A stretch of 64,000 nucleotides of DNA, from positions 74,495-138,494 of the forward strand of contig JADGCV010000006.1 in the NCBI GenBank assembly GCA_015228815.1, read 5' to 3'. Each line of letters starts with the position of its first letter. Within the stretch, counting starts at the first letter, position 1. The position numbers and the translations under genes are program-made. The notes under the pieces are model-generated. The model was not told where the DNA came from and searched no databases. It saw nothing but the letters and a program-made list of their open reading frames with translations. Shown piece after piece: positions 35,679 to 45,679 of the stretch. Source of the DNA: Magnetococcales bacterium. Lineage in GTDB: Bacteria > Pseudomonadota > Magnetococcia > Magnetococcales > UBA8363.

Positions 35679-38363
35679 TCACGTCGTACCAACCGAGTCA
35701 TCGCCCGACGTGACAGAACGCTCTTCCTCCCGACCAGCGCCATTCCCTTCCCGGGATGGAACCGTCGCGGAGGACGGTCGATCATCTTCCCCATCCCCCT
35801 CCCTGCGTTCCTCGATTCCTTCGCGAGAACCATTGCCGGTCACCGGTTTACCCCGACCGCGCCCCCGCCCCCGTCCGCCACGACGCGAACGTTTGCGCTT
35901 GGCCGCGGCATCGGTCCGGGCCGGATTGGCCATGTCCGATTCATGGGCATGGGGTCCCAGATCCCGATCCTGAAGGTCTTCTTCCTCGTCCTCTTCCGGC
36001 AATGGACTCGAAGCCCTCTCCGTAGTGCCGGGAGTCACCTCGTGCAAGGTATAAAGCCCTGGAAAACGCATGGCCAACGCCTCGACATGGCGCATGTCCT
36101 GAATCTGTTTTTCTTGTGGCCGCTCCCTGGATTGCGGTCCGGAAACGACCTCCTCTTCCCGTTGCCCCGTGGCATCATCCTCCACTTCAGAGCGACTCGA
36201 CGCATCCGGAAAACGGGACGGGGCAGAACCCAAACCCGCATCCTGCACGAGGGAACCGGTCTCGCTGCCCCCCTGATTCTTCTTGCGCCGCCGTTTGCGC
36301 CGGCGCTTTTTCTTCGCCCCCTCTCCGGTGTCGCTGGCGACCGCGGTCCCAGAATCACGGGCAACGACAACAGGATCGGCCTTCTTCTCCACATCCAGGG
36401 CATCCTCCACGACCGGCGGCGATTTCACCTTCTCATCCCGCGTTCGCTCCCGCTCCTTTTTCGATTTTTCGACATGGCTGGTATTGAATTCGGGCGGTTG
36501 GAGACGAAGATCGGCATGAATGTTGATGCTCACCTGGTTGGACTCCTCCAACCGCACCAACGGCGACCGCTTGTGGTTGAACAGGTAGTTCATCACCTCG
36601 GACGAAACATGGTAATTGTAAACCTGATATTTCCCCTGGGCCACCTCCTCCTCGATGCAACGGTAGGTATACACCGCCGCCGACTCCACCGAACGGATCG
36701 TCCCCAACCCCTTGCACCGGGGACATTCCATCCGATTGGTCTCGCTGAAGGTCGGTCGCAGACGCTGCCGCGATAATTCCAACAACCCAAACTGGGAAAT
36801 GCGACCAATCTGAACCTTGGCCCGGTCGCTTTTGAACGCCTCCTTGACCCGTTTTTCCACTTCCTGGATGTGCTTGCGATCCTCCATGTCGATGAAGTCG
36901 ATGACCACCAACCCCCCCAGGTCCCTCAGGCGCAATTGCCGCGCAATTTCATCGACAGCCTGAAGATTGGTCTTGAAGGCCGTCGATTCCACATCCTTTT
37001 CCCGTGTGGAACGGCCCGAATTGATGTCGATGGTGACCAACGCCTCGGTGGGATCGATGACCAGATAACTCCCCGCCTTCAACTGGACCACCCGATCGTG
37101 CATGGTCTCGATCTGACTTTCCACCTGGAAGCGGGCAAACAGGGGAATGCTCTCGCGATAGGGTTGCACCACCTTGACATAGCGGGGCATCAATAAACGC
37201 ATGAAATCCTTCCCCAGACGATACCCCTCCTGCCCCTCGATGAGGATTTCCTCCATGTCGGTGGTATACAGATCGCGGATGGTCCGGATGATCAGGTCTC
37301 CCTCCTGGTGAATGAGACAGGGGGCCTTGCGGGTCCGGGTCCCTTCGAGGATCATCTTCCACAGTCGCATCAGATAACTGATGTCGCGGCTGAACTCCCG
37401 TTTGTTGCGCTGTACGCCGGCGGTACGGATGATCAGGCTCATTTCGGGAGAAATGGGCAGGGTGTTGAGGATTCCCTTGAGGTTCTTGCGTTCGGCAGGG
37501 TCGGTGATCTTGCGCGAGATCCCCCCTCCGCCAGGATTCTCGGGAAGAAGGACCGTGTAGCGACCCGCCAGCGAAAGATTGGTCGTCAGGGTAGCCCCCT
37601 TGTTGCCGCGGGACTCCTTCACAACCTGGACCAGGACCGTCTGGTTGCGATGCAATATCTTCTGAATCGGTGGCGGGCGGCGCCGATGCTGCCGGCGAAT
37701 TTCCTCAAGCGGCGGACGGTCCTCCTCTTCGTCCCGCTCCGATTCGGATTCCAGTTCGGAAACATCCCCCTCCGGGTCGTCCTGACCGGTGGCATGTCCA
37801 ACATCGGCAGCCGCGTCCTCGTCGCCGGAATCGTCTTCCTCCTCCAGCGCTTCCTCCGACTCCGCTTCCAATCCGTCATCCTGTTCCCGACCCGAGGCGG
37901 AGGCCTCGGAAAAATCCATGACATCAAGGGAGGATTCGGCGGAAGATTCGGCGCCGTCCCCGGGAGAGGAAGGGTCCACCGCTTCCGTTTCCCGGCGGGC
38001 CTCATCGACGGAAAAATCGATCGATTCGTCGCCATCCGCCGCATCCGCCGCCACGGCGGCCTGGAGCGCCGATGTGGCGGACGCTTCCCGCGCCGCGGCG
38101 CCGGCGCCGGTCAATCCTCCAGGGGTGAAATATTTCGGATGGATGTCGTTGACGGAAAGAAAACCTTGACGTCCACCATGAAATTCGATGAATGCTGCCT
38201 GAAGCGATGGTTCCACCCGGGAAACCCGCCCCAGATAGATGTTGCCCTTGATCTGCTCCTTGTTGGCGGTTTCGATATCGAGATCCACGAGTCGGTTGTC
38301 CTGAACAATGGCAACCCGGATTTCTTCAGGATGGGTGGCATCCACCAGCATGCGTCTGGTCAT
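35679..38363 (-). CDS. rne: Ribonuclease E
   Basis: MLVDATHPEEIRVAIVQDNRLVDLDIE...GNIYLGRVSRVEPSLQAAFIEF is the S1 domain. The RNase E/G catalytic core follows (VIDFIDM...). The C-terminal half is Arg/Glu-rich and low-complexity. A large acidic insertion follows the S1 region. Confidence 0.9.
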   Translation of the reverse strand: MTRRMLVDATHPEEIRVAIVQDNRLVDLDIETANKEQIKGNIYLGRVSRVEPSLQAAFIEFHGGRQGFLSVNDIHPKYFTPGGLTGAGAAAREASATSALQAAVAADAADGDESIDFSVDEARRETEAVDPSSPGDGAESSAESSLDVMDFSEASASGREQDDGLEAESEEALEEEDDSGDEDAAADVGHATGQDDPEGDVSELESESERDEEEDRPPLEEIRRQHRRRPPPIQKILHRNQTVLVQVVKESRGNKGATLTTNLSLAGRYTVLLPENPGGGGISRKITDPAERKNLKGILNTLPISPEMSLIIRTAGVQRNKREFSRDISYLMRLWKMILEGTRTRKAPCLIHQEGDLIIRTIRDLYTTDMEEILIEGQEGYRLGKDFMRLLMPRYVKVVQPYRESIPLFARFQVESQIETMHDRVVQLKAGSYLVIDPTEALVTIDINSGRSTREKDVESTAFKTNLQAVDEIARQLRLRDLGGLVVIDFIDMEDRKHIQEVEKRVKEAFKSDRAKVQIGRISQFGLLELSRQRLRPTFSETNRMECPRCKGLGTIRSVESAAVYTYRCIEEEVAQGKYQVYNYHVSSEVMNYLFNHKRSPLVRLEESNQVSINIHADLRLQPPEFNTSHVEKSKKERERTRDEKVKSPPVVEDALDVEKKADPVVVARDSGTAVASDTGEGAKKKRRRKRRRKKNQGGSETGSLVQDAGLGSAPSRFPDASSRSEVEDDATGQREEEVVSGPQSRERPQEKQIQDMRHVEALAMRFPGLYTLHEVTPGTTERASSPLPEEDEEEDLQDRDLGPHAHESDMANPARTDAAAKRKRSRRGGRGRGRGRGKPVTGNGSREGIEERREGDGEDDRPSSATVPSREGNGAGREEERSVTSGDDSVGTT

Positions 38364-38563
38364 TCGTCTGTGTTCCTTTGTTCGCGTGTGGCCGTGCCGC
38401 CACGGGCCGGAGACGAAAATGCCCCGGCGGGCGGTACGGCAAGGTTCGAATATGAAAAGGTTTCAAAATGGAGAAAAAAAAAGGGAATCCGTGCGGAGGC
38501 GCCAGCGGTGCATTCGTGCTTTTGAGGTGATCTTTCATGCGGGCATTATAGAAAGGGTTTGCG

Positions 38564-39607
38564 ATGAAAGCAAATGCGGTGAACCCCCAGGGGAAAAAAA
38601 CCGGGGTTTCGGTGGTCGAAGTCGATGCACTCCATGCCGGGATGCGGCTTGACCGATTCCTCAAACGCCACTTTCCCGATCTTCCCGCCGGTTTGATCCA
38701 CAAGTTGCTGCGTACCGGACAGGTACGCCTGGATGGCTGTCGCGTCAAGGGAGATGAACGGCTGGTCACCGGAGGAAAGGTGCGAATTCCTCCCCTGAAT
38801 GTTTCACATCCCACCCCTCGCGAAACCACGCCCACCCCTCCCGCCGCCATGCTCAAGGCCCTTGAAGGAAGCGTCCTCCTGGAAGGGGAAGGGTTCATCG
38901 TCATCAACAAACCGCCCGGATGGCCGGTTCATGGCGGAACGGGACAAACCTCGGGGTTGATCGATGGTTTGCGCCATCTGTGGAAAGATTCTCCCCACCA
39001 CCCCGAGTTGTGCCACCGTCTGGACCGCGACACCTCGGGCTGCCTGCTCCTGGCCACCGACCGCCAGGCCGCCAGCGTCCTGACCTCGGCCTTTCGCGAT
39101 GGCGCGGTGGAAAAAAACTATCTGGCCCTGGTCCGGGGATGTCCCGACCCCGCCGAAGGGGTGATCGAATCCTCCCTGGCCAAGGGGGTGATCCGATCCG
39201 GGGAACGAATGGTGGTCACCGACGATTCGGGACGGACGGCCCGGACCCGATACCGGACCAGCGAACGTTTCACAATCGCCTCGTTGCTCGAAATATCCCT
39301 GGAGACGGGACGGACCCATCAGGTTCGGGCCCACCTGACCTCCCTGGGACATCCCCTGGCGGGCGACGGCAAGTATGGACAACGCGACTTCAATCGCGTC
39401 ATGAAATCCCTGGGTCTGACGCGAATGTTTCTCCACGCCAGGAGCCTCTCCTTTCCCCATCCCCGCTCCCGCGTCCCTGTCCGGGTCACGGCCCCCCTCG
39501 ATCCCCATCTGGTCCGGTTGATCGACAGCCTGCGCCAGGAAAACAAACCACGCCCGTCGCCATCGTCACCGCCGGCCAAACCATCGGGGTCGCCTCATGA
39601 ACGTTGA
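38564..39607 (+). CDS. rluC: 23S rRNA pseudouridine synthase, RluC/RluA family
   Basis: An S4-like N-terminus is present (RLDRFLKRHFP...LLRTGQVRLDG). The catalytic HRLDRDTSGCLL motif is present. The gene is divergent from rne, as in E. coli. Confidence 0.85.
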   Translation: MKANAVNPQGKKTGVSVVEVDALHAGMRLDRFLKRHFPDLPAGLIHKLLRTGQVRLDGCRVKGDERLVTGGKVRIPPLNVSHPTPRETTPTPPAAMLKALEGSVLLEGEGFIVINKPPGWPVHGGTGQTSGLIDGLRHLWKDSPHHPELCHRLDRDTSGCLLLATDRQAASVLTSAFRDGAVEKNYLALVRGCPDPAEGVIESSLAKGVIRSGERMVVTDDSGRTARTRYRTSERFTIASLLEISLETGRTHQVRAHLTSLGHPLAGDGKYGQRDFNRVMKSLGLTRMFLHARSLSFPHPRSRVPVRVTAPLDPHLVRLIDSLRQENKPRPSPSSPPAKPSGSPHER

Positions 39608-40256
39608 TCTGGTCATCTTCGATTGCGACGGCACCCTGACCGACAGCCTCGATGCCATCTGGCAGGGAGTCAATCGGGCCATGGCGGCCCAAGGACTCTC
39701 TCGACGCTTCTCCCCGAAAGAGGTCGCAGCCATCGTCGGACTCTCCCTCGAACAGGCCTTCGCCCAGTTGTTGCCCGGGACCCCAGGCACGGTCTCACAG
39801 GCGCTGGGCCAGCGCTACAGGGAGCAATTCCGCCGCATGATCGGTGAAGGAATGCCCGAATCACCCCTCTTCCCCGGAGTCGTGGACACCCTGACCCGAC
39901 TCCATGAAGCGGGCATGGTCCTGGGCATCGCCACCGGAAAATCGATGGCCGGTCTCGAACGGACACTCCAAAACCACAATCTGAAACATTATTTCACCTT
40001 TTTCCAAACCGCCGATTCCGCCCCGAGCAAACCCCATCCCGCCATGATCACCCGGATCCTCGCCGAAAGCGGGCTTGCCGCGTCCCGGACCCTCATGGTC
40101 GGAGATACCGATTTCGACATGCTCATGGGACATGGCGCCGGCGTGGCGACTTGCGCCGTCACCTACGGTTGTCACGACCGCCCCCGCCTGACCATGGCCC
40201 GGCCCGATTTTTTCATCGACCGGATGCCGGAGCTGCCACCGCTTCTGGGAATTTAA
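39597..40256 (+). CDS. HAD-superfamily hydrolase (phosphoglycolate phosphatase-like)
   Basis: VIFDCDGTLTDS is HAD motif I, GIATGKS motif II region, and VGDTDFDMLMG motif IV. The gene overlaps the rluC stop. Confidence 0.8.
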   Translation: MNVDLVIFDCDGTLTDSLDAIWQGVNRAMAAQGLSRRFSPKEVAAIVGLSLEQAFAQLLPGTPGTVSQALGQRYREQFRRMIGEGMPESPLFPGVVDTLTRLHEAGMVLGIATGKSMAGLERTLQNHNLKHYFTFFQTADSAPSKPHPAMITRILAESGLAASRTLMVGDTDFDMLMGHGAGVATCAVTYGCHDRPRLTMARPDFFIDRMPELPPLLGI

Positions 40257-40471
40257 GAAGGGAAAACGTCCAGGGAATTCCATGACGCATCCGGGGCATT
40301 GCCCCGGACCCGGCCACGAGGATCATCTCCATGGACCGGCAATAATTTTATTTTGGCAAAGAGTGTCTGTCAAAGGTGGAGAAAATCCACGGTTCATGGC
40401 AGGATTCGTCTTGCGACTTTGGCATGCTCCCCGATTCGGGGGCGATCAAATCAGCGGAAAGAATCAATACC

Positions 40472-41875
40472 ATGAGCCCCAGGACACTGTTTGCAAAAAT
40501 ATGGGAAGAACATGTGATCCGCGAAGATGCGGATGGAACCACTCTTCTCTATATCGACCGACACCTGGTCCACGAGGTCACCTCGCCCCAGGCGTTCGAA
40601 GGACTCCGTCTGAACCGGCGCGAAGTCCGCAGACCCCAGGCCACCTTCGCCGTCCCCGACCACAACGTCCCCACGCGCGACCTGGCCCACGGCATCCTCG
40701 ATCCGGTCTCCCGCCTCCAGGTCGAAACCCTGGAAAATAATTGTCGCGAATTCGGTATACGTATCTTCGGAATGGGAGACCCGCGTCAAGGGGTCGTCCA
40801 TGTGATGGCCCCCGAACAAGGATTGATCCTGCCGGGCCTGACCGTGGTCTGCGGCGATTCCCATACCGCCACCCATGGCGCCTTCGGCGCTCTGGCCTTC
40901 GGCATCGGAACCTCGGAGGTGGAACACGTCCTCGCCACCCAGACGCTGACCCAGAAACGCCCCAAGACCCTGCGCATCACCATGACCAATACATTGGGTC
41001 CCGGAGTGACCGCCAAGGATCTGGTGCTCCATCTGATCGGCCATATCGGCACCGCCGGCGGCACCGGTTTCGCGATCGAATTCGCCGGCGAAGCGATCCG
41101 CGCCCTGTCGATGGAAGGTCGGATGACGGTCTGCAACATGGCCATCGAAGCCGGAGCCCGCGCCGGAATGATCGGCGTGGATGACCGGACCATCGATGAT
41201 CTGGCGGGACGCCCGTTTTCTCCCAAAGGCAAGGACTGGATCGAGGCGGTGATCCAATGGCGCCACTATGTTTCCGATCCGGGAGCCACCTTCGACCACG
41301 AAATCAAACTGGACGCCCGGGAAATCGAACCCCAGGTCTCCTGGGGAACATCGCCCGAAATGATGGCCTCGATCTCGGGATGCGTTCCTCAACCCGCCGA
41401 TGAACCAGATCCGGTGCGGCGCGCATCCATGGAAAAAGCGCTGGCCTACATGGGATTGACCCCTGGCCGGAAAATCACCGACATCGCCATCGACAAGGTA
41501 TTCATCGGTTCCTGCACCAACGGACGCATCGAAGACCTTCGGGCGGCGGCGGACATCGTCAAGGATCGCCGGATCGCCCACTCCGTCAAACTGGCCCTGG
41601 TCGTCCCCGGCAGCGGACTGGTCAAACGTCAGGCGGAAGAGGAAGGTCTGCACCGGATTTTCCTCGACGCCGGGTTCGAATGGCGCGAACCGGGATGTTC
41701 GATGTGTCTGGCGATGAACAACGATGTCCTGCACGCAGGCGAACGCTGCGCCTCGACCTCCAACCGTAATTTCGAAGGACGACAGGGCGCCGGAAGCCGA
41801 ACCCATCTGGTCAGCCCGGCCATGGCGGCAGCAGCAGCGATCTTCGGCCATTTCGTCGATGTCCGAGGCTTGTAG
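40472..41875 (+). CDS. leuC: 3-isopropylmalate dehydratase large subunit
   Basis: [15 protein letters not shown]...[16 protein letters not shown]...GDSHT...[12 protein letters not shown]...CSMCLAMN is the aconitase-family LeuC signature. The ORF-track start at 40376 is too long. Confidence 0.95.
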   Translation: MSPRTLFAKIWEEHVIREDADGTTLLYIDRHLVHEVTSPQAFEGLRLNRREVRRPQATFAVPDHNVPTRDLAHGILDPVSRLQVETLENNCREFGIRIFGMGDPRQGVVHVMAPEQGLILPGLTVVCGDSHTATHGAFGALAFGIGTSEVEHVLATQTLTQKRPKTLRITMTNTLGPGVTAKDLVLHLIGHIGTAGGTGFAIEFAGEAIRALSMEGRMTVCNMAIEAGARAGMIGVDDRTIDDLAGRPFSPKGKDWIEAVIQWRHYVSDPGATFDHEIKLDAREIEPQVSWGTSPEMMASISGCVPQPADEPDPVRRASMEKALAYMGLTPGRKITDIAIDKVFIGSCTNGRIEDLRAAADIVKDRRIAHSVKLALVVPGSGLVKRQAEEEGLHRIFLDAGFEWREPGCSMCLAMNNDVLHAGERCASTSNRNFEGRQGAGSRTHLVSPAMAAAAAIFGHFVDVRGL

Positions 41876-41953
41876 GTCCACGTCGTCATGTCCCGTCACC
41901 TCTCCCGCGAACCGAAAAACGATCTTAGTCCGGACGATGCAAGGAGTTGTATC

Positions 41954-42622
41954 ATGGATCTGGAACTTGTTCTGTTCAAGACCTGCCCCTTTGCGCAGCG
42001 GGTCGTCATTGTGCTCGATCATCTGGAAATTCCCTATCGCAAAACAATCATCAGTCCCGGCGACCGCCCCGACTGGCTCCTGGAATGCGCGCCGATGGGA
42101 CAGGTCCCCGTGCTCCGAATCAATGGCGACCGGGCACTCTTCGATTCGGTGGCCATCGCCGAATTCGCCAACGATCATGCCGACGGAAACCTGCTTTCCT
42201 CCGACCATGTGCAACGGGGGATGGAACGGGCGATCGTGGAATGGGCGGGAACGTGTCAACGAGCCTTCGGCGAATGCATCGCCGCCGAAGACGAGTCGGC
42301 ATGGCATCGGCAACTGGCCGATCTGACCACAAAACTCTACTGGGTCGAAAAACTGGCGCATCCCTCCGGACCATGGCTCATGGGAGAAGGATTCACCCTG
42401 GCCGACGCCGCCATGGCACCCCTGTTCATGAGAATGCGGGCACTGCAAAAAAAGGTGGTCTGCTTCAACGCCGAGGCAACCCCGAACATGGTCCGGGCCA
42501 TGGAAAAGATTCTTGCCATGGAGGTCGTCGCCCGGTCGGTAGAGGGCGACTTCGACCGAATGTTTCGCATGATGGTCCGGGGACGCGCCAAAGGTGGATA
42601 TGTCGATTCCCTGATGGGATGA
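41954..42622 (+). CDS. Glutathione S-transferase family protein, inserted between leuC and leuD
   Basis: AAGGAG lies 7 nt upstream of the ATG at 41954. [24 protein letters not shown]...GQVPVL...FDSVAIAEF is a thioredoxin-like GST N-domain. Confidence 0.8.
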   Translation: MDLELVLFKTCPFAQRVVIVLDHLEIPYRKTIISPGDRPDWLLECAPMGQVPVLRINGDRALFDSVAIAEFANDHADGNLLSSDHVQRGMERAIVEWAGTCQRAFGECIAAEDESAWHRQLADLTTKLYWVEKLAHPSGPWLMGEGFTLADAAMAPLFMRMRALQKKVVCFNAEATPNMVRAMEKILAMEVVARSVEGDFDRMFRMMVRGRAKGGYVDSLMG

Positions 42623-42674
42623 CCCGAGAACGAAGTCCACGGACGAAACGACGTTCATCAAGGAGAAGAAGGTC

Positions 42675-43346
42675 ATGAAACCTTTTCGGGTCATGAATGC
42701 CCTGGTGGCACCACTGGATCGGGCCAATGTCGATACCGATGCCATCATTCCCAAGCAATTCCTCAAATCGATCAACCGGACCGGATTCGGCCCCAACCTG
42801 TTCGACGAATGGCGCTATCTGGACCGCGGCGAACCAGGACGCCCCGCGAACAATCGTCCCGAAAATCCCGATTTCGTCCTCAATCAACCCCGTTACCGCG
42901 ATGCGGAAATCCTTCTGGCACGCGATAATTTTGGTTGCGGCAGTTCTCGGGAGCATGCCCCGTGGGCGCTGCTCGACTACGGCTTCCGCGTCATCATCGC
43001 CCCCAGCTTCGCCGACATTTTTTTCAATAATTGCTTCAAGAACGGGATCCTCCCCATCATCATGGAGTCGTCACGGGTCGATCGGCTGTTCCAGGAAACC
43101 GCGGCGACTCCAGGCTATCGCCTGACAGTGAATCTCGAAACCATGACCGTGGTCACGCCCAATGGAGAATCATTGGACTTTTCGGTCGATCCCTTCCGCA
43201 GACACTGCCTGCTGCATGGACTCGACGACATCGGCCTGACCCTGGAACACGAGGCGGCAATCCAACAGTTCGAAAACAAACGCCGTCGGGAACGTCCATG
43301 GGCCTTCATCCCCGACGAGGGGGATCGCCTTGGATTCGATGATTGA
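42675..43346 (+). CDS. leuD: 3-isopropylmalate dehydratase small subunit
   Basis: [25 protein letters not shown]...[15 protein letters not shown]...[13 protein letters not shown] are LeuD motifs. Confidence 0.95.
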   Translation: MKPFRVMNALVAPLDRANVDTDAIIPKQFLKSINRTGFGPNLFDEWRYLDRGEPGRPANNRPENPDFVLNQPRYRDAEILLARDNFGCGSSREHAPWALLDYGFRVIIAPSFADIFFNNCFKNGILPIIMESSRVDRLFQETAATPGYRLTVNLETMTVVTPNGESLDFSVDPFRRHCLLHGLDDIGLTLEHEAAIQQFENKRRRERPWAFIPDEGDRLGFDD

Positions 43347-43395
43347 GGCGGACGAAAATTTCCAGGAACGCGATTCACATAAGGACGGGACGTTT

Positions 43396-44484
43396 ATGAC
43401 ACACAAGAATATTCTGGTGTTGCCGGGCGACGGCATCGGGCGGGAAATCATCGCCGAGGCAATGAAGGTGTTGGAATGGGTCGGCGCCCGGCCCGGTGTG
43501 CGGTGGACCATCGACGAAGGACTGATCGGCGGCAGCGCCTATGACGCCACGGGAGTGCCACTGCCGGAAGAGACGGTCAACCGGGCAAGAAAAGCGGATG
43601 CGGTGCTGTTGGGGGCGGTCGGAGGACCCAAGTGGGACAAACTCGACTTTTCCCTGCGCCCGGAACGGGGATTGCTGGGGATTCGCAAGGCCCTGGACCT
43701 TTATTGCAATCTGCGTCCCGCCCAGGTCTTCGAACAATTGATCGATGCCTCTCCCTTGAAACGGGAGGTCGTCTCGGGGATCGACATCATGGTTGTACGT
43801 GAACTTTCCTCGGGGATCTATTTTGGCGAGCCTCGCGGGATCGAAACCCTTGCCGATGGACGGCGGCGTGGGTTCAATACCCTCTCCTACAGCACCGATG
43901 AAATCGAACGGGTCGCCCGCCGGGCCTTCGAAACGGCCCGCAAACGACGCAACAGGGTGTGTTCGGTCGATAAGGCCAACGTCCTTGAATCGACCGGCCT
44001 GTGGCGCGAGGTGGTCAGCCTTTTGGGGAAAAGCGAATTTCCCGATGTCCACCTGACGCACATGTATGTCGATAATGCCGCCATGCAGCTTTTGCGCAAC
44101 CCACGGCAATTCGACTGCATCCTCACCACCAACATGTTCGGCGACATCCTTTCCGACGAGGCCAGCATGCTCACCGGATCGATCGGCATGCTGGCCTCCG
44201 CTTCACTGGGCGATCGAAATGCCCTGTACGAACCGATCCACGGCTCGGCCCCCGACATTGCCGGCAAGGGGGTCGCCAACCCTCTGGCCACGATCCTGTC
44301 GGTGGCGATGATGCTGCGTCATTCCCTGGGGTTGCCCGAGGAAGCCGACCGGATTCAACGGGCCGTGGCCCGGGTTCTGGATCAGGGATTGCGGACCGCC
44401 GACATCATGCAACCGGGCGCCCGGGAAGTGGGAACGGTCGCCATGGGAGATGCCGTCATGAACGTGTTGCGGGAAGAGGTATGA
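43396..44484 (+). CDS. leuB: 3-isopropylmalate dehydrogenase
   Basis: [13 protein letters not shown]...[11 protein letters not shown]...NLRP...[22 protein letters not shown]...[17 protein letters not shown] are LeuB motifs. Start is at MTHKN. Confidence 0.95.
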   Translation: MTHKNILVLPGDGIGREIIAEAMKVLEWVGARPGVRWTIDEGLIGGSAYDATGVPLPEETVNRARKADAVLLGAVGGPKWDKLDFSLRPERGLLGIRKALDLYCNLRPAQVFEQLIDASPLKREVVSGIDIMVVRELSSGIYFGEPRGIETLADGRRRGFNTLSYSTDEIERVARRAFETARKRRNRVCSVDKANVLESTGLWREVVSLLGKSEFPDVHLTHMYVDNAAMQLLRNPRQFDCILTTNMFGDILSDEASMLTGSIGMLASASLGDRNALYEPIHGSAPDIAGKGVANPLATILSVAMMLRHSLGLPEEADRIQRAVARVLDQGLRTADIMQPGAREVGTVAMGDAVMNVLREEV

Positions 44485-44505
44485 TCCCGTGTCATTACCG
44501 CAACC

Positions 44506-44528
44506 AGGCGGTCCTGGCCGCCTTTTTG
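44506..44528 (+). terminator. Intrinsic terminator-like hairpin after leuB
   Basis: AGGCGG, a 6-nt loop, CCGCCT, then TTTTTG, located 22 nt after the leuB stop. Confidence 0.45.
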
Positions 44529-44550
44529 TCACGCTTGTTGGAGAACACGA

Positions 44551-45567
44551 ATGAAAAAATACAATGTCGCCGTTGTCGGAGCGACTGGCAACGTCGGACG
44601 GGAAATGCTCAACATCCTGGCGGAACGGGATTTTCCCATCCATGAACTCCACCTTCTGGCCTCGCAGCGGAGCGCCGGGACCACGATGCGGTTCAAGGAT
44701 CGGGAACTCATCGTCAAGGACCTGGACAAATTTGCGTTTACCGGGGTCCACATCGGCCTGTTTTCACCCGGGGCCTCGGTGTCATCCCGTTATGCCCCCA
44801 TCGCCGCCAGTGCCGGATGCGTGGTGGTGGACAACACCTCCTTTTTCCGCATGGATCCCGATGTGCCCCTGATCGTTCCGGAGGTCAACCCCGACGCCAT
44901 TGCCGGCTACAGGAAAAAAGGAATCATCGCCAATCCCAACTGTTCGACCATTCAAATGGTCGTGGCCCTGAAACCGATTCATGATGCCGCCATCATTCAA
45001 CGGGTCGTCGTCGCCACCTATCAGGCTGTCTCGGGGGCGGGCAAGGAAGCGATGGATGAGCTTTTCGAACAGACCCGCTGCACCTTCGTTCCGGGAACCA
45101 GCGTGGCGCCGAAAAAGTTTTCCAAGGAGATCGCCTTCAATGTGCTGCCGCACATCGATCAGTTCCTGGAGAACGGCTACACCAAGGAAGAGATGAAAAT
45201 GGTCAACGAAACCCGGAAAATTCTCGATCCTGCCATCCGGGTCGCGCCAACGGCCGTTCGGGTACCGGTGTTCAACGGCCATTCCGAGGCGATCACCATC
45301 GAAACGAAGAAGAAACTGACCGCCAGCGAGGCCCGTCGTCTTCTGGCCCAGGCCCCTGGAATCGAGGTCATGGACGACCCGGCCAACAAGGTCTATGCCA
45401 GTCCGCGTGATGCCTCGGGAAAAAATGCAACCTTCGTTTCACGCATTCGTGAAGATGTCAGTTGTGACAATGGCCTGCAAATGTGGGTTGTTTCGGACAA
45501 CCTGCGCAAAGGGGCCGCATTGAACGCCGTCCAGATTGCCGAGGTGTTGATTCGCCAATACCTGTGA
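44551..45567 (+). CDS. asd: Aspartate-semialdehyde dehydrogenase
   Basis: VAVVGATGNVGREM...IANPNCSTIQM (active-site Cys)...ATYQAVSGAG...HSEA are Asd motifs. Confidence 0.95.
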   Translation: MKKYNVAVVGATGNVGREMLNILAERDFPIHELHLLASQRSAGTTMRFKDRELIVKDLDKFAFTGVHIGLFSPGASVSSRYAPIAASAGCVVVDNTSFFRMDPDVPLIVPEVNPDAIAGYRKKGIIANPNCSTIQMVVALKPIHDAAIIQRVVVATYQAVSGAGKEAMDELFEQTRCTFVPGTSVAPKKFSKEIAFNVLPHIDQFLENGYTKEEMKMVNETRKILDPAIRVAPTAVRVPVFNGHSEAITIETKKKLTASEARRLLAQAPGIEVMDDPANKVYASPRDASGKNATFVSRIREDVSCDNGLQMWVVSDNLRKGAALNAVQIAEVLIRQYL

Positions 45568-45583
45568 ACGAATCGGACCTTGT

Positions 45584-45643
45584 CCCAGACCCCTTTTTTC
45601 TTTCAATAATCTCGAACCGAGGGGAAGATACCTGGGCAGTTAC
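45584..45643 (+). repeat. Dispersed repeat copy A: 27-mer, variable gap, 15-mer
   Basis: cccagaccccttttttctttcaataat (45584-45610) is identical to the reverse complement of 58925-58951. tacCtgggcagttac (45629-43) matches the reverse complement of 58897-58911 with 1 mismatch. Confidence 0.85.
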
Positions 45644-45679
45644 GTTGTTTCTTCAAGGCTCGCGGATGAAGGAAAGGAT

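Noticed and set aside
40451-42796. 781-aa minus-strand ORF spanning leuC, the GST gene and the leuD start
   Set aside because: It is antisense to unmistakable LeuC and LeuD sequences. Its Gly/Arg/Asp-rich composition is typical of spurious ORFs in GC-rich DNA.
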